Shown: positions 1 to 8,206 of the stretch, piece by piece
Numbering within the stretch: the first letter of the stretch is position 1
How the letters are laid out: every line of letters begins with the position of its first letter
NCBI GenBank assembly: GCA_038078835.1
Contig: JBBTQI010000005.1
Coordinates: 43,901-107,900 of the forward strand
DNA length: 64,000 nt
Origin: Patescibacteria group bacterium
GTDB taxonomy: Bacteria; Patescibacteriota; UBA1384; XYA2-FULL-43-10; 1-14-0-10-43-13
Direction: 5' to 3'
Made by a program: the position numbers and the translations under genes
Notes under the pieces: generated by a model
Databases searched by the model: none
Seen by the model: the letters and a program-made list of their open reading frames with translations, nothing else
Told to the model about the DNA's origin: nothing

Positions 1-1967
1 GATTGACTTTTTTCTTTGCTGTCCAGGGGAACAAGACGAAATCGTGTCCAGCTTCCCACCCCAACATAATCATGCCGCTCCAGAGAGTAGTGTTTCCCCT
101 TTATCTCAATTGCGATATTAAATTGAGTGTAATCATAAAAACCGCGAGCAAGTCTCTCGAGAATTTTCCCACCACCTGTCCGTGAGTCAAGTGGACGCCA
201 TCTCCAAAGGTAGCGCTCAAACCGCTCTCGATCATCCGGGAGCCGGCCAGCAAATTCATAATCATTTTTCTCCGCCCACTCCCTGGCCGCTCTCTCCCGT
301 TCTGCCGCCCGCTGATCTTCCCGATTGTCTGATACTTCTTTACCGTCATTATCTGCATCGGTTTTTTTCTTTCTCTCCGGCTTGACTCCTGTTGCAGGAG
401 AAATTAATTCTCCAGTATCAGCACCTGACGCCGAGCCGGCACCAGAGGGCGAAGTTGGTGGAAGCGGGGGGCCAGGATGATTGAGCAAACCGGAACCATC
501 CGAATCGCCACCAGATGAGACGGAAGCGTCTTGGGTCTGTTCGGCTGTCCTTCCTTTGTACGCACTAGCCGCTTCAGCCAATTCCTTCAACCCGCCAGAC
601 TCAATTCTCAAATCGTCCCGCGGAGACCGAACTGTTGTTATGTTATCAACTAATTCATTGGCAATGATTCCTGCCCCAACGCCAACCAAAGCTTCGGTTG
701 TATATCCATCAACCTGTGTTTCCGCAACTTCAGCCACACGGTGAAGAAATGCTTCCTTGGTCATCGATCCACCCATAGTATGCATTGCTTGCTGCCCTTG
801 CTCTACTTTATCAGCTAGGGCTCGCAATAATCTCTCCATCCCACCCTGCCCGAGCATATTAGACAAACCAAGCAGTTCTTGTGCCTGTTGTGTTGTGGCA
901 ATGTTGTTGGCAAGCTGAGGATACTCTTCCACTGCGTCAGCCAAACTATCAAGGTCAGGAGCTTTAACATCAAACACGACTTCACCTTCATGTAAATGCA
1001 CGTTGTGACCTTCATGGCCCCGGAGGTGTTCATAAATCCCGTTCCAAATTCTCGCATTTTCCGCGGTCATCCCCTCAACTCCCGGCTGATGCATCAGCCC
1101 CCCACCATGCATCTCGATGCCACGCTCAGAGAGAACTGATTGGGCTTTTTCCATAAGATCAGAGTGCTGAAAATGGGTCATTCCTTCGGCAGCGGCACCC
1201 CCAAAGAGCAATCCGCCAGCTAACGAGGCGCCAAACTTGGACCAACCCCATTTGCGCCGAATCCCTTTGAGCTCTTTGCTCTTGCTTTGAATATGTGCTT
1301 CCGAGGTTTGCTGTTGTACTTCCGTCAATTTATCAATAAAACCAAAAAGGGCGGACCGATCAATTTGCCCCAAACCCTCTTTCTTTATCCGCGTCGCCGC
1401 AGTTCGCATCTTTTTTGCGTCTAATGATTCTGGCCCGGCTTCACCGCTGTTTAATACCGAACTTAAACAATCTTTCGCGGCACTTTGAAGTTTGCCAACG
1501 GCTTGGCGGTTAAACTTTACAACATCGTCCTCGAGTGCATGTTCCCGCTCTACTACTGTCTGATCGCCAATTTTGGATTTATTTTTCCGCCAATCAACGA
1601 GTAATCGTCCAATGTTAGAGCCGATAATTCCTCCAGCAATGCCTGCCCCTGCCACCGGCGCGGCCGTGCCAAGCAAAAAGGCAACTGCCGCACCAACACC
1701 AGCACTGATGCCGGCACGCTTCAAAAATTGAATGATCTCTTCCCTTCGTTCGGCTTTTTTGTCACCGGCAAATCGCTCTGTGTGGCTGTGCCGGTTTAAT
1801 TGTTTCTCGGAAACTGCCGCCATACGCAAAATAAGCTTTTGCAACTCTCTTTGTCGACGTTTTGACTCTTTTTCAAGTTTCCCCTGCTCGGGCGCCGGAA
1901 CTCTCTCGCTCAAATCAGTCGGAGAATTCAGGCTCGCCTCAACGGGGACACTGCCGCCTTCTGCCAT
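1..1967 (-). CDS. Large hypothetical membrane-associated protein, >655 aa, runs off the window edge (absent from the ORF track)
   Basis: ATG at 1967 overlaps the TAA of the upstream ORF, RBS CGGAGGGG. Reads MAEGGSVPVEASLNSP, then a Gly/Ala-rich hydrophobic stretch (AGISAGVGAAVAFLLGTAAPVAGAGIAGGIIG). The frame was open in every segment I translated, including 480 to 3. Confidence 0.8.
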   Translation of the reverse strand, partial: MAEGGSVPVEASLNSPTDLSERVPAPEQGKLEKESKRRQRELQKLILRMAAVSEKQLNRHSHTERFAGDKKAERREEIIQFLKRAGISAGVGAAVAFLLGTAAPVAGAGIAGGIIGSNIGRLLVDWRKNKSKIGDQTVVEREHALEDDVVKFNRQAVGKLQSAAKDCLSSVLNSGEAGPESLDAKKMRTAATRIKKEGLGQIDRSALFGFIDKLTEVQQQTSEAHIQSKSKELKGIRRKWGWSKFGASLAGGLLFGGAAAEGMTHFQHSDLMEKAQSVLSERGIEMHGGGLMHQPGVEGMTAENARIWNGIYEHLRGHEGHNVHLHEGEVVFDVKAPDLDSLADAVEEYPQLANNIATTQQAQELLGLSNMLGQGGMERLLRALADKVEQGQQAMHTMGGSMTKEAFLHRVAEVAETQVDGYTTEALVGVGAGIIANELVDNITTVRSPRDDLRIESGGLKELAEAASAYKGRTAEQTQDASVSSGGDSDGSGLLNHPGPPLPPTSPSGAGSASGADTGELISPATGVKPERKKKTDADNDGKEVSDNREDQRAAERERAAREWAEKNDYEFAGRLPDDRERFERYLWRWRPLDSRTGGGKILERLARGFYDYTQFNIAIEIKGKHYSLERHDYVGVGSWTRFRLVPLDSKEKSQ

Positions 1968-2326
1968 TACCCCTCCGGGTTATCATCATCCTTTATTGTT
2001 AAACCCATTGAAACCATATCCGCCGCAGTTTTTAACTCTGCTTTATACCTGACTGCTTCTTCGATAATTATCGCTTCAACGGGAATTGCGTGCTCGCTGA
2101 AAAATTTTACAGCTGCTTCCTCGTCGGCAGCATCGCTAACCGCTTCTAAAAGCTGCTTTTGTTCCAACTCCTCGAGTAATCTCAGATTAACGCGATTCTC
2201 GATGGTTTGGAGCATTTTTGCTTTCAATGCACTCTTCTCCTCGTCGGACAGACCGCTTAACCCGATCAAGGTAAAAATATCACTATCGACAAATTTCTCA
2301 ACATCAACAATCTTACTTGAGTTCAT
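1967..2326 (-). CDS. Small acidic helical protein, DUF5663-like
   Basis: DIFTLIGLSGLSDEEKSALKAKMLQTIENRVNLRL pattern; likely start MNSSK with RBS AAGGAG. Confidence 0.6.
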   Translation of the reverse strand: MNSSKIVDVEKFVDSDIFTLIGLSGLSDEEKSALKAKMLQTIENRVNLRLLEELEQKQLLEAVSDAADEEAAVKFFSEHAIPVEAIIIEEAVRYKAELKTAADMVSMGLTIKDDDNPEG

Positions 2327-2384
2327 ATCCCGCTCCTTATTACCTTTTATCACCATTAGTATACAAAAGATCCTTATGAAAAGC

Positions 2385-2432
2385 AAAAAGGCTTTCGCTA
2401 GTTAGATACAGTCTAACCTCAGCGAAAGCCTT
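2385..2432 (-). terminator. Intrinsic terminator of the GC-rich operon
   Basis: AAGGCTTTCGCT..GTTAGA-CTGTA-TCTAAC..AGCGAAAGCCTT followed by a T tract. Confidence 0.8.
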
Positions 2433-2596
2433 TAGCGGTACTTGCCCCGCGGCGGCCTCATCCGCCCGGGAAGGTTGGTCCAGGGAAACTCCTTGTCGTT
2501 GTTCCCGAACTGCTCCTCCCCGAGCTTCTGCCGCCACGAGGCGATCTCGTCAGAGAGAAGGTGGAGATTGCGCTCCACCTCCTCGGGTTGGCCCAG
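2432..2596 (-). CDS. 54-codon in-frame continuation of 2597..3157 past a TGA (readthrough, nonsense mutation or separate small ORF)
   Basis: ...KEGS*LGQPEEVERNLHLLSDEIASWRQKLGEEQFGNNDKEFPWTNLPGRMRPPRGKYR*; high GC3; ends exactly at the terminator. Confidence 0.55.
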   Translation of the reverse strand: MGQPEEVERNLHLLSDEIASWRQKLGEEQFGNNDKEFPWTNLPGRMRPPRGKYR

Positions 2597-3157
2597 TCAA
2601 CTGCCCTCTTTGCCGCGCTTCTCGCGCAGGGCGGCCAGACCGGTCTTGGGCTTGGAGGCCGGCGGTGCCGAGGTTGCCATCTCCGGCGATGCCGGCTCCT
2701 TGCTCTCCTTGAGCGGGGACTCCGGCTCCGAAGACTTCTTCTCCTCCTTCTCCGCGGCCGGTTTGGGCGCAACGATCGGCTTGGGAAGCTCCGAGTTGTG
2801 ACCTTCCCGGGGACCAATCGCCAACGCTTCCCGGCCGGCCTTGACGGCCAGCCAGAGATCGAGGATGTATCCGCCCGCCAGGGTGTAGTTGAACCCCTGG
2901 GGACTCACCTCGACCGAGCCGGCCGGCTCGTCCAGCCGAACCTGCTTCTCCTCGCCGGCCTTCTGAAGGAAGACGCCCTTTGCCTTGGTCGCCACCGTGT
3001 TAGTGGGACCCTGGAAAAGGACATGGCCTTCGGCCGGGTCGGCGCCCTCGTTCTCAACGCGGATGCAAAGGAGATAGATATTCCCTTCTGGCACCCCGGC
3101 CTGGTTGATCGGCTGCTTTATCTCCGCGTCCCACGCGAAAGCAGTCACCTCTGTCAT
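2597..3157 (-). CDS. Hypothetical protein with a Pro/Lys/Glu-rich C-terminal linker
   Basis: RBS GGAGGAG, high GC3, directly follows the upstream gene. Confidence 0.75.
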   Translation of the reverse strand: MTEVTAFAWDAEIKQPINQAGVPEGNIYLLCIRVENEGADPAEGHVLFQGPTNTVATKAKGVFLQKAGEEKQVRLDEPAGSVEVSPQGFNYTLAGGYILDLWLAVKAGREALAIGPREGHNSELPKPIVAPKPAAEKEEKKSSEPESPLKESKEPASPEMATSAPPASKPKTGLAALREKRGKEGS

Positions 3158-3158
3158 A

Positions 3159-3683
3159 TCACTCCTCCTCCTTCTCCGCCTCGGCCTCGGCGACCTTGCG
3201 GACCGCTCGTGCCAACGGATCCGGCAAAACCTTCTCCCCTCGCAGGATCGAGAGCATAGCGGGCATTGTCACGTAGGCCTCGCCGCTCATGATGTACGGG
3301 GAGTAGTCCTGCCCAGCGTCGCCGACAACCTCGTAGGTCCAGCGGCCGCTCTGGCGGGAGCGCTTGATGACGACCTCGGCGCCGTCACCATCAACCCAGG
3401 CCGGCTTACTGCCGCGCTCGACACCGTGAGGGTAATCGGCCTCCACAGCGATCGGAGCGATCAGCGCTTCCTCGCCACTTGACCGCTTCGCCTTAACAGC
3501 GAAATCAGGAAAGTAGTTGAGGAAGAGATCGGCCGCGATGTCGCCGAGATTCTTGCCCCCATACCGTCGCTGGTTGTTGGGCTGAGCAATCTCGGCGATC
3601 TCCGAGAGCCTGAAGTAGAGCCAACCAAGCGGGCCGCGAACAGCCGGCGGCTGAACTCTTGGGAAAACCGTACTCTTGGCCAT
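3159..3683 (-). CDS. Hypothetical protein
   Basis: Start MAKSTVF with RBS GAGGAGGG; high GC3. Confidence 0.75.
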   Translation of the reverse strand: MAKSTVFPRVQPPAVRGPLGWLYFRLSEIAEIAQPNNQRRYGGKNLGDIAADLFLNYFPDFAVKAKRSSGEEALIAPIAVEADYPHGVERGSKPAWVDGDGAEVVIKRSRQSGRWTYEVVGDAGQDYSPYIMSGEAYVTMPAMLSILRGEKVLPDPLARAVRKVAEAEAEKEEE

Positions 3684-3806
3684 TTCTGTAAACCCTCCTC
3701 CGGTTTTAGAGGACCGGAAACCTGTCACGCGTTTCAGATTTGACAGCGTAATGGAAAGAAGCTACTCACATTCTATGAGTAATTTTTTTTCATTAATAGG
3801 TCGGAT

Positions 3807-3894
3807 GAGACCGAGCCGCTTGGCGGCTCGGTCTCCAAATCCCCTGATTAGAAGTACGAGTTGCTTGGACAGGGATAAGTCCCCAAGCAACTCT
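3807..3894 (-). terminator. Two strong hairpins downstream of 3900..4448
   Basis: GAGTTGCTTGG/CCAAGCAACTC and GAGACCGAGCCGC/GCGGCTCGGTCTC; no clear U tract. Confidence 0.5.
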
Positions 3895-3899
3895 TGGCG

Positions 3900-4448
3900 C
3901 TAAAAAGCCGGTCCGCCGGCCGGCGGTCCGGCCGGACCGCCCAGGGGTGCGGCGGAAACGGCCACGGTGCCGGCCAGCAACGGACCTGGATTCATCTGCT
4001 GCTGCCAGTCGTTGCCCTGAAGGGGCAACAAAGCCGGTGCTGCCGGATTGTGGCCGACGCTCCAGCCAATACTGATCGGCTGGCCGTTGGCGTCCGCCCG
4101 AATCGAGACGGTCACCTCGATCAGTGTCCGGGGCGGCAAGGTGAAGTTGAAGCCCCACCCCGCTGGATCGATCATCCCGGTCTTGTTCTGTGGCACCTGG
4201 CCACGGGGCTCACCGCTCGGCCCACACTCACAGGAGACATACGTTGCCGTCGCATTGGCAACATTGCTGACTCCCGCTGGGTGGATGAAGGCGATGTTAC
4301 CCTTGCCCCTGCCAGTAGAGACAGGATTGGCAATCCGGATCACGACCTTGTAGTCGCAATCCGGAGGTACTACCGCGCCGATCAGGCTGTACAGCGCGGG
4401 CTGGTTAGCGTCGTTCAGCCCGAGCAGACTGGCTTGAACGTGAAACAT
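3900..4448 (-). CDS. Hypothetical beta-rich protein
   Basis: RBS AGGAGGGG; operon context. Confidence 0.7.
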   Translation of the reverse strand: MFHVQASLLGLNDANQPALYSLIGAVVPPDCDYKVVIRIANPVSTGRGKGNIAFIHPAGVSNVANATATYVSCECGPSGEPRGQVPQNKTGMIDPAGWGFNFTLPPRTLIEVTVSIRADANGQPISIGWSVGHNPAAPALLPLQGNDWQQQMNPGPLLAGTVAVSAAPLGGPAGPPAGGPAF

Positions 4449-4461
4449 TTACCCCTCCTTC

Positions 4462-4995
4462 TCATGGGTGGTGGCCAATGAAGTGTCCCGTGTTTGGCGA
4501 TGGAACCCGGTGAGTGTTGGCCACCGTGGTTGTTACCTGGGCACCCGCGACGGTCGTGCCGGGAGCCAGCGGCTGGGTAGTCGCTGGAGCGCCCGGCTGG
4601 TTGACGGTTGGTGCCATCGGTTGAACGACGACCCCCTGCGTCACCAACTGATGACGGTTCCTGATCGCCCAAGCTACTGCGAGAGCGATGGCGGCAAGCA
4701 CCACGATACCAGCGATGATCCACATATCCGTGTGGGAGGGACCATCATCCGGCATGGCGATGTAAGTCGGAGCCGGAACCGCTACGGTTGGAGCAGGTGC
4801 CGAACTGGGGGGTGCAAGTGCAACCCTAGCCGGCGACAGTGCCTTACTGGGCTCTGCCGAGTGTGCGACCGCAGCCGGCGTTGTCTGCTGGCGACGCGCC
4901 GCCATCTCCCTCAAACTCCACCAGGAGACGAGGAGGACGGTGAGCGCCATGGAAGCCAGCAAAGCCGTCCTTCTTGATATCCTTGGTATCCTCAT
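4462..4995 (-). CDS. Hypothetical membrane protein (two hydrophobic segments, Pro/Ala/Thr-rich linkers)
   Basis: Start MRIPRISRR with RBS GAGGGG; ALLASMALTVLLVSWW and WIIAGIVVLAAIALAVAWAI. Confidence 0.7.
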   Translation of the reverse strand: MRIPRISRRTALLASMALTVLLVSWWSLREMAARRQQTTPAAVAHSAEPSKALSPARVALAPPSSAPAPTVAVPAPTYIAMPDDGPSHTDMWIIAGIVVLAAIALAVAWAIRNRHQLVTQGVVVQPMAPTVNQPGAPATTQPLAPGTTVAGAQVTTTVANTHRVPSPNTGHFIGHHP

Positions 4996-5011
4996 CTTAC
5001 CCCTCGTTTCC

Positions 5012-5716
5012 CTAGCGTGAGACCAGCAAGAGGGTGAGAAAGACCAGAATGGCCATAATGCCCGCGGCAATGAACGCCTTGGGCCATGTCATTCCGAGTT
5101 CTCGCCAAATCTGCTGATGCTCGACGCTGTTTTGGAGCTCGCGGCGATCCTCCCGTCGATCCTGGGCCTCGTCCCGCACATCGCTGTGCAGGTTGGCCCG
5201 CTCAATCGAGCGGTTAACGGCAGTCGCCAGCTCCTCGCGAGTTGTAAACGACTGCCATTCCCGGCTTCGCCAAGTGGTGTAGGGGCGGCGGCCCACCAGG
5301 CGGTTGTTGGCAAGCGCCCGCTGAACCTCACCCATCGCCCACTCGCTCGCCGCACCGGATGGCAGTTTGGCCGGGACAATTCTGATGAATGTCCGGCCTT
5401 GTACTATCCGCCGCTCCACGACCTTCATGTGGCGACCATGTCCGACCACTGTCGTGGTAACACGGCCGCCGTGGTTGGCGGTGCCGGCTTGGCCGGCGGT
5501 CGGCACAGTGGGCTGGTCGGCGGACGAACCAACGGGCGGGTTTTGATGCCCCTCGCTGTCCTCCAGCCGCACTCTCGGCTCGCCCTTCTCTTCGGGCGAA
5601 CCGAGTGACGACGGGCCACCACGATGGGTCGTCATCACCTCTGCTCGCGCCCAGACGGGCGCGGCGTTGCTGGCAAACAGGGCTGCCAGCAGGCCCGCGA
5701 TGAGAACTCCTCTCAT
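5012..5716 (-). CDS. Hypothetical secreted protein with a C-terminal membrane anchor
   Basis: Signal peptide MRGVLIAGLLAALFASNAAPVWARA; C-terminal TM helix; RBS GGAGGAAGGAG. Confidence 0.75.
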   Translation of the reverse strand: MRGVLIAGLLAALFASNAAPVWARAEVMTTHRGGPSSLGSPEEKGEPRVRLEDSEGHQNPPVGSSADQPTVPTAGQAGTANHGGRVTTTVVGHGRHMKVVERRIVQGRTFIRIVPAKLPSGAASEWAMGEVQRALANNRLVGRRPYTTWRSREWQSFTTREELATAVNRSIERANLHSDVRDEAQDRREDRRELQNSVEHQQIWRELGMTWPKAFIAAGIMAILVFLTLLLVSR

Positions 5717-5938
5717 AGAGTTCTCCTTCCTCCGCTTAAGAATTATCCCCGCCTTTCGTTGTGGGATCCTTGGAGCGGATGGAGGGAGCCGATGCTGGCG
5801 TGCCCTCCCGTCAAATAGATACTAAGGCCAAAGGCATTAAGCCTCCATTTGATGAAAGGGCACTATTTTCTTGTCAAGGTGCTAATTCGCGCCAGAACGA
5901 ACCCAGTTTTTGATGGCGTGAATTCGGTGTCTGACGCA

Positions 5939-6025
5939 AAAGTGTGCTGCACGGTATAAATACGGGCGGAGGGGGAACCCGTATTCCTTCGGCTTGCGCC
6001 AAAGGAGTACCGCACAGCACACTTT
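5939..6025 (-). ncRNA. Candidate structured RNA, copy 1 (three-way junction, GCAA tetraloop, loop UUCCCCCUCCG)
   Basis: 18-bp closing stem whose G-U pairs form only on the minus strand; same architecture as 6631..6722. Confidence 0.65.
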
Positions 6026-6084
6026 CGCCTCCAGACAATTCGTCATCTGCTAGCTCTATATTTAGAGCCCAAAGTCATACTACT

Positions 6085-6111
6085 GGATCCCCGATCGAGT
6101 CGGGGATGACA
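6085..6111. repeat. REP-like palindrome (GGATCCC...GGGATGACA family)
   Basis: GGATCCCCGATCGAGTCGGGGATGACA; relatives at 15838, 19787, 35565, 39058, 42552. Confidence 0.8.
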
Positions 6112-6152
6112 ACATTTCATTGTTCATTCCCGGTTGGTCAGTGTAACAGCGC

Positions 6153-6181
6153 ATTATAGCATAGCAAGTGGTCGCTGTCAA
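6153..6181 (-). promoter_or_regulatory. Perfect sigma70 promoter driving a non-coding transcript
   Basis: TTGACA-17 nt-TATAAT with extended -10 TG. Confidence 0.85.
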
Positions 6182-6185
6182 GGTT

Positions 6186-6194
6186 TTATCCACA
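6186..6194 (+). promoter_or_regulatory. Consensus DnaA box
   Basis: TTATCCACA between two divergent -35 boxes. Confidence 0.5.
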
Positions 6195-6204
6195 GAAAAC
6201 TTTG

Positions 6205-6233
6205 TTGACAGTAACATCCTGAAGGCTTAATAT
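6205..6233 (+). promoter_or_regulatory. sigma70 promoter of 6252..6527
   Basis: TTGACA-17 nt-TAATAT. Confidence 0.75.
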
Positions 6234-6251
6234 CTTATCATAAGGAGAAAA

Positions 6252-6527
6252 ATGGCACTCGACAAAAACGACATTAAAATTATCAACGATCTCTTAATGA
6301 AGTCGGAAGATCGAATAATCTCCAAGGTTGATTCGAAGATTGATTTTGCTGTTGAAAAACTTGAACTTCGACTCGAGAATGTCGAACATCGATTGGAGAA
6401 TGTTGAGCTTCGACTCAAGAACGTCGAAAGAAGCATCGACGATCTAATTGAAACAAATCAAGCCTTTCTTGAGCTCTTCAATGACCACGAAAAAAGAATT
6501 ACCCGCCTTGAAACAAAAGTACTCTAG
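6252..6527 (+). CDS. Small coiled-coil protein with heptad repeats
   Basis: RBS TAAGGAG; LELRLENVEHRLENVELRLKNVE, ending HEKRITRLE. Confidence 0.85.
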   Translation: MALDKNDIKIINDLLMKSEDRIISKVDSKIDFAVEKLELRLENVEHRLENVELRLKNVERSIDDLIETNQAFLELFNDHEKRITRLETKVL

Positions 6528-6630
6528 TTGACAATCCTCCTTCTCTTGGGTTCGTCTCAAAACCTGCGGGGTTGCCGGCGAATCTGCGCTATGGAGGGTT
6601 GTTTTATCTCTCTGACGGGAGAAAACAAAA

Positions 6631-6722
6631 AGTGCGGCAAGGCGCTGTATAGTCAAACGCAGGCGGAGGGGGAACCTACGACTCGCCGAAGCGAGTAAGA
6701 CTACACAGCGCGCTACCGCACT
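6631..6722 (-). ncRNA. Candidate structured RNA, copy 2 (three-way junction, cUUCGg tetraloop, loop UUCCCCCUCCG)
   Basis: Closing stem of about 23 bp with G-U pairs, followed by TTTTGTTTT; own promoter. Confidence 0.65.
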
Positions 6723-6750
6723 GATTTGCTCTAATTGCTCAGAACATCTG

Positions 6751-6779
6751 ATGTTATCATACCTAAATTTTTTTGTCAA
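6751..6779 (-). promoter_or_regulatory. sigma70 promoter for RNA copy 2
   Basis: TTGACA-17 nt-TAACAT with extended -10 TG, just after the tgt stop. Confidence 0.7.
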
Positions 6780-6784
6780 GAGGA

Positions 6785-7993
6785 TTATTCTTGGCGCAAC
6801 TCCCGCATCAGGTTTAGATATTGCCAGAGGTTGTGGAGCGTGGCCAGACGCAAACCCAAAATCTCATTGGATCGCAGAAGATGGGAGATGTAAGCACGAG
6901 AGAAACCGGCGGTGCAAGCGGGACAGGCGCAATTTTCATCAATCACTTTTGGATCCTCGCGATATCGGGAGTTTAGGAGATTAATTAACTCGTAGCCCTC
7001 ACCCCCACCCTCTCCCCGGAGGGGCGAGGGGATTTGTTGTTGGTCGTTGGAACGTTCGTCGTCCATTTCTGATTTGCAAACATAGACAGAACCGTGCCTC
7101 GCTAAACGTGTCGGCAGGACGCAGTCAAACATATCCATACCCAAACGGGTTGCCTGAATAATATCATCGGGGGTTCCCACACCCATAAGATAGCGCGGTT
7201 TGTCTTGGGGTAGAATCTCCCCCATTAATTTAACTATGTCCCACATATCGCGCGTCTCCAGATCAACCGCCAAACCGCCCACGGCATAACCGTCAAAGCC
7301 GATCTCCGCCAGTGCTGCGGCGCACTCTTGCCGCAAAGTAAGATCCAACCCACCCTGGACAATAGCAAACAGCAGCGGCCGGAGGCTGGAGGCCTGTCCG
7401 TTGAGCCTTGGGCCTTGGGCGCGGGCAAGAAAATGTTTTTTTGCCCGCTTCGCCCATTCGATCGTTAGTTGTGTCGCGCGCTTGATCTCCTCCGGCGTCG
7501 CCTTGCCGCTCGGGCACACGTCAAGCGGCATTAAGATGTCCACGCCCAGATCGAGCTGAATATCGATAACCCTTTCCGGTGTGAAAAAATGCTTCGAGCC
7601 GTCAAGGTGAGAAGTGAACTCGACGCCATCATCACAAATTTGCACCAACCCATCCGCCTGAGGCCTGAGGCCTGAGGCCTGAGACGAGTTTTTAGCCAGG
7701 CTAAAAACCTGGTAGCCGCCGGAGTCCGTAAGAATCGGTTTATCCCAGCGCATAAAGGAGTGCAGACCACCCAATTTTTTAATAAGCCTCTCGCCCGGCC
7801 GGAGATAGAGATGATAAGTGTTGGCCAAAATAATTTCGGCCCCAAGTTCTTTGAGCTCCCGCGGCGCCACCCCCTTGACACTGCCCGCTGTCCCCACCGG
7901 CATAAAAAAGGGAGTGCGAATAAGACCGTGGGGAATAGTCAACTCGCCAACGCGAACAGCGCTTTCTAGTTTTTTAATCAGTGAAAATGGCAT
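6785..7993 (-). CDS. tgt: tRNA-guanine transglycosylase (with three in-frame repeat insertions)
   Basis: TPFFMPVGT, LANTYHL, TDSGGYQVFSL, DMFDCVLPTR, Zn site CxCxxC..H. Confidence 0.97.
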   Translation of the reverse strand: MPFSLIKKLESAVRVGELTIPHGLIRTPFFMPVGTAGSVKGVAPRELKELGAEIILANTYHLYLRPGERLIKKLGGLHSFMRWDKPILTDSGGYQVFSLAKNSSQASGLRPQADGLVQICDDGVEFTSHLDGSKHFFTPERVIDIQLDLGVDILMPLDVCPSGKATPEEIKRATQLTIEWAKRAKKHFLARAQGPRLNGQASSLRPLLFAIVQGGLDLTLRQECAAALAEIGFDGYAVGGLAVDLETRDMWDIVKLMGEILPQDKPRYLMGVGTPDDIIQATRLGMDMFDCVLPTRLARHGSVYVCKSEMDDERSNDQQQIPSPLRGEGGGEGYELINLLNSRYREDPKVIDENCACPACTAGFSRAYISHLLRSNEILGLRLATLHNLWQYLNLMRELRQE

Positions 7994-8090
7994 AGGTTAA
8001 TATTACCAAAAAAGCCCTTCTGCGGCTTTCTTGGTTTTAATTCGTTTATTACAAGATACGATAATGCCCGAAGGGCGACAGAGCGTAAAA

Positions 8091-8172
8091 AAAGGTATGG
8101 CTCTGGTTCAATACCGCGGAGCTTGCTCCGCTACAAGGTGAGTCCAGAGCTTGCTCTGGGGTTAATACCTTT
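8091..8172. repeat. Composite palindrome (two GAGCTTGCTC hairpins inside an AAAAGGTAT/ATACCTTTT inverted repeat)
   Basis: GCGGAGCTTGCTCCGC and CCAGAGCTTGCTCTGG. Confidence 0.6.
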
Positions 8173-8206
8173 TATATTCGTGCGCACTATCTGTGTCATC
8201 TGTGTC

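Noticed and set aside
2597-2599. Genetic code 25 or selenocysteine recoding
   Set aside because: Core genes are uninterrupted in code 11, several end in TGA, RF2 is present, and no SECIS or redox motif is evident.
2432-5716. Prophage
   Set aside because: No integrase, terminase, capsid or tail motifs recognised.
6186-6194. Replication origin
   Set aside because: Only one perfect DnaA box; no box cluster and no dnaA or dnaN nearby.
5939-6722. c-di-AMP (ydaO) riboswitch, suggested by GGGGGAACC on the plus strand
   Set aside because: The other conserved blocks are missing, and tetraloops and G-U pairs point to the minus strand.
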